From Microcoleus sp. (GTDB lineage Bacteria > Cyanobacteriota > Cyanobacteriia > Cyanobacteriales > Microcoleaceae), in assembly GCA_052279835.1 (NCBI GenBank), contig CP181291.1, positions 736,001 to 800,000 on the forward strand: 64,000 nucleotides of DNA. The letters are read 5' to 3'. Positions 10,698-20,315 of the stretch are shown in pieces (position 1 is the stretch's first letter; the number at the start of each line of letters is the position of its first letter). Both the position numbers and the translations under genes were made by a program. A model generated the notes under the pieces. It had not been told where the DNA came from. It did no database searches and saw nothing but the letters and a program-made list of their open reading frames with translations.

Positions 10698-11034
10698 TAA
10701 TCGCCAAATCTGGTAAGTTCAATTGGACGATTTTGTGGTATGAGAGCATTGGGTGAGAGATTGGAAAATGTAAATTTTTAGTATTGAGGTTGCTTCACCA
10801 AGGCCTAGGCTGCGAGGCACGAAGCAAACTCAACACTGGAAAAATCCCAATTCAAAACTCTCTTAATCCTCCATGTCACATACTTAATATTTTTGTAAAC
10901 AAATCTTGCAAAAAATATTAAAATGTAACAATAAGCTCCATTAACTTATGTTGTCAGTCCGTCGCGACTACAAAATAGGGATTCTGTGTAGTATAATTGT
11001 ATTATAACAGCAGAGAATACTCAAGGAGGTAGCT

Positions 11035-13107
11035 GTGGCACGTACCGTCCCGCTAGAAAAAACCCGCAACATCGGCATCGCAGCCCACATTGATGCGGGC
11101 AAAACAACAACAACTGAAAGAATTCTGTTCTATTCAGGCATGGTTCACAAAATGGGTGAAGTGCATGAAGGAACAGCAGTTACCGACTGGATGGAGCAAG
11201 AGCGGGAGCGGGGAATTACGATTACTGCCGCCGCTATCACCACCAGTTGGAAAGATTACAAAATCAACATCATCGACACTCCCGGACACGTAGACTTCAC
11301 GATCGAAGTAGAACGATCCATGCGAGTGCTAGATGGAGTGATCGCAGTATTCTGCTCGGTAGGCGGAGTTCAGCCACAATCGGAAACAGTTTGGCGACAA
11401 GCCGATCGGTACAAAGTGCCACGGATTGTGTTCGTCAACAAAATGGATCGGATGGGCGCTAACTTTTATAAAGTCTACGGTCAAATTCGCGATCGCATGA
11501 GAGCGAACGCCGTACCAATCCAAATCCCGATCGGCAGCGAAGAAAACTTCCGGGGAATAGTAGACCTAGTGCACATGAAAGCCTACATCTACAACAACGA
11601 CACCGGCACGGATATCGAAGAAGTAGAAATCCCCGAAGAAGTCAAAGAGCTAGCCTCTGAATACCGCACCAAACTGATCGAATCAGTAGCAGAAACCAGC
11701 GACGCCCTCACCGAGAAATACCTCGAAGGCGTAGAACTAAGCGAAGACGAAATCCATTCGGCCCTGCGCCACGGGACGCTCGTTGGCAGCATCGTTCCCA
11801 TGCTGTGCGGTTCAGCTTTCAAAAACAAAGGCGTTCAGTTGTTGTTGGATGCAGTGATCGAGTATCTGCCGTCGCCCTTGGAGGTTCCCCCAATTCAAGG
11901 ACACCTAGCCAACGGCGACATCGCAGAGCGACACGCCGATGACAATGCTCCCCTGTCAGCTCTGGCATTCAAAATCATGTCAGACCCCTACGGCCGCCTC
12001 ACCTTTGTGCGGGTATACTCCGGTATCCTCAAAAAAGGTACTTACGTCCTCAACTCCACCAAAGACAAAAAAGAGCGAGTCTCTCGCCTGATTGTTCTGA
12101 AAGCGGACGATCGGATTGAAGTAGAAGAACTGCGCGCCGGAGACTTAGGAGCAGCCTTGGGCTTGAAAGACACCTTCACCGGTGACACCCTCTGCGACGA
12201 AACAGCACCAGTAATCCTGGAATCCCTGTTTATTCCAGAGCCAGTCATCTCGGTGGCGGTGGAACCCAAAACCAAACAAGACATGGAGAAGCTCTCCAAA
12301 GCCCTCCAGTCCCTCTCGGAAGAAGACCCCACCTTCAGAGTCAACGTTGACCCAGAAACCAACCAGACAGTCATCGCCGGCATGGGCGAACTGCACTTGG
12401 AAATTCTGGTAGACAGGATGCTGCGCGAATTCAAAGTAGAAGCCAACGTCGGTCAGCCACAAGTAGCCTACCGCGAAACCATTCGCAAAGCCGTCCGCGC
12501 CGAGGGTAAATTTATCCGCCAAAGCGGCGGTAAAGGTCAGTACGGTCACGTCGTGATCGAACTAGAACCCGCAGAAGAAGGAACCGGCTTTGAATTTGTC
12601 TCCAAAATTGTTGGCGGCACTGTACCGAAAGAGTACATCGGCCCGGCAGCACAAGGGATGAAAGAAGCCTGCGAATCAGGTATTGTAGCAGGATATCCCG
12701 TGATTGACCTCAGAGCTACTATGGTAGATGGGTCTTTCCACGACGTAGACTCCTCAGAAATGGCCTTTAAGATCGCCGGCTCAATGGCGATCAAAGAAGC
12801 CGTAATGAAGGCAACGCCTGTGCTGCTAGAGCCTATGATGAAGGTAGAGGTCGAAGTTCCCGAAGATTACATCGGGAACGTCATCGGAGACCTCAACTCC
12901 CGTCGGGGTCAGATTGAGGGTCAAGAGACGGATCAGGGAATTGCCAAAGTTTCTGTAAAAGTTCCACTAGCAGAAATGTTTGGTTACGCCACTGACATCC
13001 GCTCGAAAACCCAAGGTCGAGGCATCTTCACAATGGAATTCAGCCATTACGAAGAAGTGCCGCGAAATGTGGCAGAAGCCATTATCGCTAAGAACAAAGG
13101 GAACTAA
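11035..13107 (+). CDS. fusA: elongation factor G
   Basis: [28 protein letters not shown] start with AGGAGG RBS; str operon position. Confidence 0.99.
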   Translation: MARTVPLEKTRNIGIAAHIDAGKTTTTERILFYSGMVHKMGEVHEGTAVTDWMEQERERGITITAAAITTSWKDYKINIIDTPGHVDFTIEVERSMRVLDGVIAVFCSVGGVQPQSETVWRQADRYKVPRIVFVNKMDRMGANFYKVYGQIRDRMRANAVPIQIPIGSEENFRGIVDLVHMKAYIYNNDTGTDIEEVEIPEEVKELASEYRTKLIESVAETSDALTEKYLEGVELSEDEIHSALRHGTLVGSIVPMLCGSAFKNKGVQLLLDAVIEYLPSPLEVPPIQGHLANGDIAERHADDNAPLSALAFKIMSDPYGRLTFVRVYSGILKKGTYVLNSTKDKKERVSRLIVLKADDRIEVEELRAGDLGAALGLKDTFTGDTLCDETAPVILESLFIPEPVISVAVEPKTKQDMEKLSKALQSLSEEDPTFRVNVDPETNQTVIAGMGELHLEILVDRMLREFKVEANVGQPQVAYRETIRKAVRAEGKFIRQSGGKGQYGHVVIELEPAEEGTGFEFVSKIVGGTVPKEYIGPAAQGMKEACESGIVAGYPVIDLRATMVDGSFHDVDSSEMAFKIAGSMAIKEAVMKATPVLLEPMMKVEVEVPEDYIGNVIGDLNSRRGQIEGQETDQGIAKVSVKVPLAEMFGYATDIRSKTQGRGIFTMEFSHYEEVPRNVAEAIIAKNKGN

Positions 13108-13182
13108 TGATTGGAGATTTGAGATTTTGGATTTTGGATTGAATCCAAAATCTCCCATCTCAAATCTCAAGTCTAAAATCGC
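13108..13182. repeat. inverted STRR-type hairpin between fusA and tuf
   Basis: GATTTTG/GATTTGA units followed by complementary CCAAAAT/CTCAAAT units. Confidence 0.65.
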
Positions 13183-13208
13183 TAAAAAAAACAAGGAACA
13201 CATCGAGA

Positions 13209-14438
13209 ATGGCACGCGCAAAATTTGAACGGAATAAACCCCACGTAAACATCGGCACGATCGGTCACGTTGACCACGGCAAAACAACCTTAACCGCCGC
13301 GATTACCATGACCCTTTCGGCTCTGGGTCAGGCCAAGGGTAAGAAGTATGACGAAATCGACGCCGCCCCTGAAGAAAAAGCACGGGGTATTACGATTAAT
13401 ACTGCTCACGTTGAGTACGAAACCACAGATAGGCACTACGCCCACGTTGACTGCCCCGGACACGCTGACTATGTGAAAAACATGATCACTGGTGCTGCTC
13501 AAATGGACGGTGGCATCCTAGTCGTGTCAGCGGCTGATGGTCCCATGCCTCAAACACGCGAACACATCCTGTTAGCTAAGCAAGTTGGCGTTCCTAGCTT
13601 GGTGGTTTTCTTGAACAAAGAAGACATGGTAGATGACGCAGAACTTTTGGAATTGGTGGAAATGGAAGTTCGCGAACTTCTAAGCTCTTACGATTTTCCT
13701 GGCGATGATATCCCCATCGTCACCGGTTCGGGACTGAAAGCTCTCGAAGCCATGATTGCAAATCCCAAGTCTGTCAAGGGCGAAAATCCCTGGATTGACA
13801 AGATTTATGCACTGATGGAAGCAGTGGATAGTTACATCCCCACCCCCGAACGTGAAATTGATAAGCCATTCTTGATGGCAGTAGAAGACGTATTCTCCAT
13901 TACAGGTCGGGGTACTGTCGCTACTGGCCGGATTGAACGTGGTAAGATCAAAGTAGGCGAAAACGTCGAACTCGTAGGTCTCAAGGACACTCGCAGCACT
14001 ACCGTGACTGGTGTAGAAATGTTCACCAAGTCTTTGGATGAAGGCTTGGCTGGGGACAACGTGGGCTTACTGTTGCGGGGGATTTTGAAGGCAGATATTG
14101 AACGCGGCATGGTGATTGCCAAGCCAAAAAGCATCTTGCCTCACACTCAGTTTGAATCTGAAGTCTACATCCTGAAGAAGGAAGAAGGTGGTCGTCACAC
14201 GCCCTTTTTCTCTGGCTACCGCCCTCAGTTCTACGTTCGTACAACTGATGTAACTGGTACGATCATGCAGTTCACCGCTGATGACGGCTCCGAAGCAGAA
14301 ATGGTGATGCCAGGTGACCGGATCAAGATGACTGTGGAGCTGATTCACCCGATCGCGATCGAACAAGGAATGCGTTTTGCAATCCGTGAAGGCGGACGCA
14401 CCGTCGGCGCAGGCGTTGTTTCCAAAATCCTCAAGTAG
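13209..14438 (+). CDS. tuf: elongation factor Tu
   Basis: [27 protein letters not shown]...[15 protein letters not shown]. Confidence 0.99.
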   Translation: MARAKFERNKPHVNIGTIGHVDHGKTTLTAAITMTLSALGQAKGKKYDEIDAAPEEKARGITINTAHVEYETTDRHYAHVDCPGHADYVKNMITGAAQMDGGILVVSAADGPMPQTREHILLAKQVGVPSLVVFLNKEDMVDDAELLELVEMEVRELLSSYDFPGDDIPIVTGSGLKALEAMIANPKSVKGENPWIDKIYALMEAVDSYIPTPEREIDKPFLMAVEDVFSITGRGTVATGRIERGKIKVGENVELVGLKDTRSTTVTGVEMFTKSLDEGLAGDNVGLLLRGILKADIERGMVIAKPKSILPHTQFESEVYILKKEEGGRHTPFFSGYRPQFYVRTTDVTGTIMQFTADDGSEAEMVMPGDRIKMTVELIHPIAIEQGMRFAIREGGRTVGAGVVSKILK

Positions 14439-14446
14439 GAATACGC

Positions 14447-14652
14447 TCATAGTCAGTAGTCATTAGTCAGTAGTCAGTAGTCAGTAGTTAGTAGTTAGTA
14501 GTTAGTGGTCAGTTGTCCTTAGTTTATATTAGTAGTTAGCTAATGACTAATGACTACTGACTAATAACTAACGACTAATAACTAATGACTAATAACTAAT
14601 AACTAATGACTAATAACTAATAACTAATGACTAATGACTAATGACTAATAAT
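14447..14652. repeat. inverted STRR arrays (TAGTCAG/TAGTTAG)n ... (CTAATGA/CTAATAA)n
   Basis: Tandem heptamers whose two halves are approximately reverse complements. Confidence 0.85.
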
Positions 14653-14683
14653 AAACAGAACCTAGAAAATTAAAGAAACCAAA

Positions 14684-15001
14684 ATGGCAGCTATCCCACA
14701 ACAAAAAATTCGCATCCGCCTCAAAGCTTTTGACCGACGCATTCTAGACGCATCCTGCGAAAAGATTGTAGATACAGCAAATCGGACAGCAGCCACTGCG
14801 ATCGGTCCGATTCCCCTACCTACAAAACGGCGGATTTATTGCTTGCTGCGATCGCCCCACGTAGACAAAGATTCTCGCGAACACTTTGAAACTCGCACGC
14901 ACCGCCGCATCATCGACATTCACCAGCCTTCAGCTAAAACAATTGACGCTTTGATGAAACTGGATTTGCCAGCAGGCGTAGATATCGAAGTCAAGCTGTA
15001 G
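14684..15001 (+). CDS. rpsJ: 30S ribosomal protein S10
   Basis: [10 protein letters not shown]...[20 protein letters not shown]...[11 protein letters not shown]. Confidence 0.99.
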   Translation: MAAIPQQKIRIRLKAFDRRILDASCEKIVDTANRTAATAIGPIPLPTKRRIYCLLRSPHVDKDSREHFETRTHRRIIDIHQPSAKTIDALMKLDLPAGVDIEVKL

Positions 15002-15022
15002 ATTGAAAGTTTGAGAAATCAC

Positions 15023-15062
15023 AAAAAAAGGAACAAGGGAAAAATTCTTTGTTCCTTTTTTT
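15023..15062 (+). terminator. intrinsic terminator of the str operon
   Basis: AAAAAAAGGAACAAGG...CTTTGTTCCTTTTTTT hairpin with T tract. Confidence 0.85.
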
Positions 15063-15115
15063 ATTAGTCCCGGACGCAAAGATAGTCAAAAACCGGGTTG
15101 TTTACGAACTCAATA

Positions 15116-15185
15116 GGATTTAGCGGGGTTGGGGGTTGGAGGAATTGCCGCCGGAGATTGGCAAGTGCTCTGGGCTTGAGACGTT
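15116..15185 (+). pseudogene. fragment (copy 1) of the 5' region of the LRR-Roc-COR gene
   Basis: GGATTTAGCGGGGTTGGGGGTTGGAGGAATTGCCGCCGGAGATTGGCAAGTGC..GCTTGAGACGTT is nearly identical to about 16786-16854 (DLAGLGLEELPPEIGKC), with one extra G. Confidence 0.8.
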
Positions 15186-15228
15186 ATAATCAGTATAATA
15201 GTAGATAGCTAAAAAATGGATTTTAGAT

Positions 15229-15567
15229 ATGGAACTAAATCAGTATTTTGATTTTTTAGCAGCGGATGATATTCGCATTAAAGGACATCGCATAGGGATT
15301 GAGACGGTACTGTATGAGTATCTGTATAGGGAACGCACCGCCGAAGAAATTCAGCAACTATACCCTTCTCTAACATTGGCAGAAGTTTATACGACTATTT
15401 TGTATTATTTGGTGAACCAGGAATCAGTAAGTCGATACATACAAGATTGGTTGGAATGGTCGCACCAGCAACGAAAACTGCAAGCAGCAAATCCCCATCC
15501 CGCTACGGAAAGATTGCGAAAATTGAAGGCTGAACGGGAAAGACAAACTGCGATTCAGGGCGCTTAA
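15229..15567 (+). CDS. DUF433 domain protein (putative antitoxin)
   Basis: DDIRIKGHRIGIETVL...EEIQQLYPSLTLAEVY..ILYY DUF433 pattern. Confidence 0.85.
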   Translation: MELNQYFDFLAADDIRIKGHRIGIETVLYEYLYRERTAEEIQQLYPSLTLAEVYTTILYYLVNQESVSRYIQDWLEWSHQQRKLQAANPHPATERLRKLKAERERQTAIQGA

Positions 15568-15570
15568 GGA

Positions 15571-15645
15571 ATGGCGCTTAAATATTTAATGGATGAGAAT
15601 GTTACGCCTGGCCAGAAACCGGGTTTTTACGAAAATTGTTGGTGA
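15571..15645 (+). pseudogene. truncated DUF5615 PIN-like toxin stub
   Basis: MALKYLMDENV start 3 nt after the DUF433 stop, running after about 13 codons into the AGAAACCGGGTTT repeat. Confidence 0.7.
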
Positions 15646-15898
15646 TAGCGCAGAAACTCAAAAAAACCCGGTTTCTTAGATTGTCGTGGGAAAAACTCCC
15701 CACCAAGCAAAAAATCCTGTCACAATCAAATCAAGACTACCGAGAGACAAAAGATATGACGCGAGAAGAGTTGTTGCAGTTAATCGACTCATCGGCATCG
15801 GAGGGCTGCACAGAATTAGATTTAGCGGGGTTGGGGTTGGAGGAATTGCCACCGGAGATTGGCAAGTGTTCTCCGCTTAAGAAGTTGGTGTTGGGGAA
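15609..15898 (+). repeat. about 290-bp direct duplication of 16574-16866 (palindromic repeat, upstream region and LRR gene 5' end)
   Basis: Both copies begin TGGCCAGAAACCGGGTTTTT and contain AAAAAAACCCGGTTTCTTAGAT, CCCCACCAAGCAAAAAATCCTGTCACAATCAAAT and ATGACGCGAGAAGAGTTGTTGCAG. Confidence 0.9.
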
Positions 15899-15944
15899 AT
15901 TTGATATTATAGTTTCATCGATCGCACTATTCGACATTCCGTAA
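15756..15944 (+). pseudogene. truncated copy 2 of the LRR-Roc-COR N-terminus
   Basis: MTREELLQLID...TELDLAGLGLEELPPEIGKC...LVLGK, then diverges and stops. Confidence 0.8.
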
Positions 15945-15954
15945 ATTATCAACT

Positions 15955-16275
15955 ATGAACATTCAGTTAGTTGACTCGTTAATTCAAGTCATTGAGTCGC
16001 TGACACCTGAAGAGAGTTTGCTCTTCCAAGAAAAACTTTCAGCGAGGGCGATTCAAAGTACGCCTGGAGTGTGTGGAGGATATGCCCGAATTCGCAACAC
16101 TCGCATTCCGGTTTGGACGCTGGTTTCGCTGAAACAACAGGGCGCTGATGAGGTCGAATTACTTCGTAATTATCCGGGTTTGTCGGGTTTCGATTTAGAG
16201 AATGCTTGGCGTTATTACGATCGCCACCGCGCAGAAATCGATCGTATTATTGTTTCTCATCAAACCGATGATTAA
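15955..16275 (+). CDS. DUF433 domain protein (putative antitoxin)
   Basis: IQSTPGVCGGYARIRNTRIPVWTLV...LLRNYPGLS..DLENAWRYY. Confidence 0.9.
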   Translation: MNIQLVDSLIQVIESLTPEESLLFQEKLSARAIQSTPGVCGGYARIRNTRIPVWTLVSLKQQGADEVELLRNYPGLSGFDLENAWRYYDRHRAEIDRIIVSHQTDD

Positions 16276-16276
16276 A

Positions 16277-16294
16277 ATGGTGAGGCTGTATTAA
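16277..16294 (+). pseudogene. possible 5-codon stub of the cognate DUF5615 toxin (MVRLY*)
   Basis: ATG GTG AGG CTG TAT TAA immediately after the DUF433 stop; resembles MARLYADE-type DUF5615 starts but is very short. Confidence 0.4.
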
Positions 16295-16371
16295 CAATCA
16301 AAATTTGGCGATCGCAATTATCGATTGTTTGCGTAGCCTTTTTCCTCAAACAGGATCTTTCGCTCATTTCA

Positions 16372-16506
16372 ATAGTCCGGCAGGGGTTTAAACCCCTGCC
16401 TCAAAGCGGAAGTCCTCTAAAAGAGGACTAAAGAATGAAGAACTCATGAGTCCTCTTCCAGAGGACTTTCGCTATTAGACAGGGAATTGATTCCCTGGCG
16501 GACTAT
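16372..16506. repeat. nested palindromic REP/MITE-like element
   Basis: ATAGTCCG...CGGACTAT termini; internal hairpins CAGGGGTTTAAACCCCTG, AGTCCTCT-N-AGAGGACT (twice) and CAGGGAATTGATTCCCTG. Confidence 0.8.
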
Positions 16507-16723
16507 CGGGTGGGCGACAAGACTCGGTGAACTGACAGCTTCATTTGATACACCTCTCCAGATTTCGCGCGGGTGGCCAGAAACCGGGTTTTTGCGAACA
16601 TTGTTGGTGACAGTCGTAGAAACTCAAAAAAACCCGGTTTCTTAGATGACGATGCGCGATTCTTTCCCCACCAAGCAAAAAATCCTGTCACAATCAAATG
16701 AAGACTACGGGGAGACAAAAGAT

Positions 16724-19700
16724 ATGACGCGAGAAGAGTTGTTGCAGTTAATCGACAAAGCGGCTGATGAGGGCTCCACAGAATTGGATTTGGCGGGGTT
16801 GGGGTTGGAGGAATTGCCGCCGGAGATTGGCAAGTGCACGCAGCTTGAGACGTTGGTGTTGGGGAAGGTAAAGAGATGGGGAGGGGCTGATGGTAAATGG
16901 ACTCCGCAGCCGATTACCAATCAATTGACCTCACTACCAGAGGAATTGCGATCGCTGGAAAAGTTGCGATCGATTAATCTCAGTGGCAATCCATTCGGAA
17001 GGATGCCTGAATTGCTGCTGGAAATGAAGCAATTAAAAAGTTTAAATTTAACCAGTATTGGTTTGACAGAAATTCCAGAAGCGATCGGGAAATTACCCAA
17101 TTTGACAAAGCTTGACATCAGTTTCAATCTGATTGAAGATATTCTAGAAGTGTTACCAAAGCTTTGCGAAATACTCAGCAAACTGTCCAACCTGACACAG
17201 GTTAACCTTGGTGGCAATCAGATTGCAGAAATCCCAGAGGCGATCACTCAATTATCTAATCTGAAAGTGCTTAACCTCGATGCCAATCAGATCACAGAAA
17301 TCCCCGAAGCGATCGCCCAACTGTCCAATCTGACACAGCTTGACCTCAGTAAGAATCAGATTACTGTCATCCCAGAGGCGATCATTGGTCAACTGTCCAA
17401 TCTGACATCGCTTGGCCTTAGAAACAATCAGATCACCCAAATCCCTGATGCGATCGGTCAACTATCGAATCTGACATGGCTTGGCCTTTGGGAAAATCAG
17501 ATCACACAAATCCCAGATGCGATCGGTCAACTATCGAATCTGACACACCTTTACCTTTGGGAAAATCAGATCACAGAAATCCCAGAAGCGATCGCTCAAC
17601 TGTCCAATCTGACACAGCTTGTCCTCAGTAACAATCAGATTACCGTCATCCCAGAGGCGATCGGCAAATTATCTAATCTAACATGGCTTTTCCTCAGCAA
17701 CAATCAGATTACCGTCATCCCAGAGGCGATCAGCCAATTATCCAATCTGACATCGCTTTTCCTCACAAACAATAAAATTGAAAAGATTCCTGAATGCTTA
17801 GAAACACTCCCAAAACTTGAAAAACTCGACCTCCGCTGCAATCCTCTGCCCATTTCTCCAGAAGTTCTAGACCCGGTAAACCTGAGCGAAGCCCCCGGTA
17901 CTCCCGCCGCCATCTTCAACTACCTCCGCCAACTCCGCAGCGGCGAAGTTCTCCCCCTCAACGAAGCCAAAGTCCTCCTCGTCGGACAAGGAAGCGTCGG
18001 CAAAACCTCCCTCATCAACCGCCTCACCCACAACAAATACAACCCCAACGAACCCCAAACCGACGGACTAAACATCACAAACTGGCAAATTACAGTCAAC
18101 ACCAAACCCGTCAAACTCAACGTCTGGGACTTCGGCGGACAAGAAATCTACCACGCCACCCACCAATTTTTCCTCACCAAACGCAGCCTCTACCTCCTCG
18201 TCTCCAACTGCCGCACCAGCGAAGACGAAAACCGCCTCGAATACTGGCTGAAACTGATCGAAAGCTTCGGCGACGCCTCCCCCGTCATCATCATCGGCAA
18301 CAAGTGCGACGAACAACCCCTGGATCTCAACCGCAAAGCCTTGCGCGATAAATATCCCAACATCAAAGCCATCATCGAAACCTCCTGCCAAAGCGGCACG
18401 GGCATCGACGAACTCCGCAATGCCATCCACACCGAAATCTCCGAGCTCAAGGAAGTTTACGATCTTTTGCCGCTAAGCTGGTTCCAAGTCAAGCAGCGCC
18501 TGGAAAACCTCGACAAAGATTTCATCAGCATCAGCGAATACGCCAGCATCTGCGGCAAAGAAAATATCTGGGAAGAAACCGACAAAACCCAATTACTAGA
18601 ACTGCTGCACAATCTGGGCATTGTCCTCAACTTCCGCGAACACCCCATCCTGCAATCCACCAACATCCTCAATCCCCACTGGGTGACTGAAGGCATCTAC
18701 GCCCTCCTCAGCGACGACGCACTCAAAGTCAAAACCAAAGGCATTCTCACCTACGCAGAACTCAGCCGCATCCTCGACTCAACTAAATATCCCAGCCACC
18801 GTTACAACTGTCTCACTGAGTTGATGGGCGAATTTCAACTCTGCTTCCCCCTCAGCCATTGCCATGCGCCGACTTTCCTCATCCCCGGCATCTTGCCCAA
18901 AGAAGAACCGGAAAACACCAAACTCGAAGGCGAAACCCTGGAATTTCAATATCACTACCGCATCCTCCCCGACAGCATCCTCTCCCGTTTCATCGTCCTC
19001 ATGCACGAGAAAATCCACAACAGCACCCACTGGCGCACGGGGGTAATGCTGGAGTACACCGAAGGCGCTGAGGTGTACAATATCGCCCGAATTAAATCTG
19101 ACCCGGAAGATGAGAAAATCTCGATCGCGGTTAGCGGGCGGGAATCGACGCGGCGTTCTTTTTTGAGCATGATTCGGGATACATTTACCAAAATCCACAA
19201 TTCTTTTGCGAATCTGGAAATCAGTCAATGGGTGCCGGTTCCCGGTTATCCCGATGCCGATCCGCTGGATTACGAGGAATTGCTAGGATTGGAGGAGATG
19301 GGCGAGACTAAGGTGCGGGTGGGGAAACTTAAAAAGAGTTGGGATTTGCGGCCGTTGTTGGATGGCTATGAGTCGATCGAACTTCGGCGCAGAAGGCAAA
19401 TGGGCGATGAAAAATATGGAAGAGAATATGACGATCTTGTAGATATCGCTAAACTAGCAGTTAGCAGACCAATTATTAATAAAGCAGAAGCAAAAATGAC
19501 TCAAAATTCTTCTGAAACCAACAACTTTCAAGGCGCTTTTCAAGGTGCTAACTTTTCCGGCAATATCGGCGGTTCGTCTAACAGCGCAAAAGTTGGTAAT
19601 CAATCTGTCCAAAATAATCATAATGCCAATACCGAGGAAATTCTGAAACTAATTTCATCCATGCGAGAAACAGCGACACAATTTCCAGAAGACATTCGCG

Positions 19701-19915
19701 AGGGTGTAATTATTGATATTGAAGATGTCGAATCCGAAATTAAGAAACCAGAGAAGGAAAGAAATCCAGCTAGATTAAAGAAAAATTTAAAAGCTATTTT
19801 AGCGACGGCGGCTGCGATCGGAGTTGGCATTGCAGGTGCTGTTGACTTGGCTAATAAGACGATCGATCTAGGTGAAAAAGTAGGAATCGAAATTCAGCTA
19901 CCGCCAGCCCCCTAA
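16724..19915 (+). CDS. LRR-Roc-COR (bacterial Roco) protein with a C-terminal N/G/Q-rich linker and helical tail
   Basis: 23-aa LRRs (LSNLTxLxLxxNQITxIPEAI); Roc P-loop GQGSVGKT, WDFGGQEIYHATHQFFLT and GNKCD; COR motifs LHNLGIVLNF and ILNPHWVTEGIY; ATG 16724 preferred because of the GGAG RBS and the duplicated copy. Confidence 0.93.
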   Translation: MTREELLQLIDKAADEGSTELDLAGLGLEELPPEIGKCTQLETLVLGKVKRWGGADGKWTPQPITNQLTSLPEELRSLEKLRSINLSGNPFGRMPELLLEMKQLKSLNLTSIGLTEIPEAIGKLPNLTKLDISFNLIEDILEVLPKLCEILSKLSNLTQVNLGGNQIAEIPEAITQLSNLKVLNLDANQITEIPEAIAQLSNLTQLDLSKNQITVIPEAIIGQLSNLTSLGLRNNQITQIPDAIGQLSNLTWLGLWENQITQIPDAIGQLSNLTHLYLWENQITEIPEAIAQLSNLTQLVLSNNQITVIPEAIGKLSNLTWLFLSNNQITVIPEAISQLSNLTSLFLTNNKIEKIPECLETLPKLEKLDLRCNPLPISPEVLDPVNLSEAPGTPAAIFNYLRQLRSGEVLPLNEAKVLLVGQGSVGKTSLINRLTHNKYNPNEPQTDGLNITNWQITVNTKPVKLNVWDFGGQEIYHATHQFFLTKRSLYLLVSNCRTSEDENRLEYWLKLIESFGDASPVIIIGNKCDEQPLDLNRKALRDKYPNIKAIIETSCQSGTGIDELRNAIHTEISELKEVYDLLPLSWFQVKQRLENLDKDFISISEYASICGKENIWEETDKTQLLELLHNLGIVLNFREHPILQSTNILNPHWVTEGIYALLSDDALKVKTKGILTYAELSRILDSTKYPSHRYNCLTELMGEFQLCFPLSHCHAPTFLIPGILPKEEPENTKLEGETLEFQYHYRILPDSILSRFIVLMHEKIHNSTHWRTGVMLEYTEGAEVYNIARIKSDPEDEKISIAVSGRESTRRSFLSMIRDTFTKIHNSFANLEISQWVPVPGYPDADPLDYEELLGLEEMGETKVRVGKLKKSWDLRPLLDGYESIELRRRRQMGDEKYGREYDDLVDIAKLAVSRPIINKAEAKMTQNSSETNNFQGAFQGANFSGNIGGSSNSAKVGNQSVQNNHNANTEEILKLISSMRETATQFPEDIREGVIIDIEDVESEIKKPEKERNPARLKKNLKAILATAAAIGVGIAGAVDLANKTIDLGEKVGIEIQLPPAP

Positions 19916-19916
19916 A

Positions 19917-20163
19917 TAGGGTTTGCTGAATAATCGATCGCTTTTTGGCGATCGGGAGTGATTGATTATTCAACCAGAGTTAAAGATGAGTTTTTCCTGC
20001 CTCTGGGGGGCTAGAGACAAGCTCAGCTTTTTTGTACACGATCGCAGGTGGTGATGCACGGGTTTTGACCTATTCTACCTGTTTATTTTGCACTTTACTC
20101 TCGATCGCGCCATCGAATAACCTTTCGCCACGTCAAGTGCGATCGATTATTCAGCAAACCCTA
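19917..20163. mobile_element. MITE of about 245 bp with perfect terminal inverted repeats
   Basis: TAGGGTTTGCTGAATAATCGATCGC (19917-19941) and its exact reverse complement (20139-20163); non-coding interior. Confidence 0.85.
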
Positions 20164-20167
20164 TCTA

Positions 20168-20247
20168 GAGGCTCTGCCTCACTTGGGGGATAAAAAGAGG
20201 AGGCAGAGCCTCCGGATCTGCGTTCCCAGGCAGAGCCTGGGAACGAG
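20168..20247. repeat. REP-like palindromic repeat
   Basis: GAGGCTCTGCCTC...GAGGCAGAGCCTC and GTTCCCAGGCAGAGCCTGGGAAC hairpins. Confidence 0.75.
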
Positions 20248-20315
20248 CAAAGTTGTCACCAATGGGCTCTGCCTGAGAACGAGCAAAACATTCAACAATC
20301 AACCATTAACTATCT

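Noticed and set aside
16646..16723. N-terminal extension of the Roco ORF in the track
   Set aside because: Lies in the duplicated upstream region; ATG 16724 has the RBS and the family-like MTREELLQLI start
15116..16866. Diversity-generating retroelement template/variable repeat pair
   Set aside because: Differences between copies are not adenine-specific, the repeat is at the gene 5' end, and no reverse transcriptase is in the window
17867..19228. Many overlapping ORFs within the Roc-COR region
   Set aside because: Expected from the skewed codon usage that removes stops in other frames
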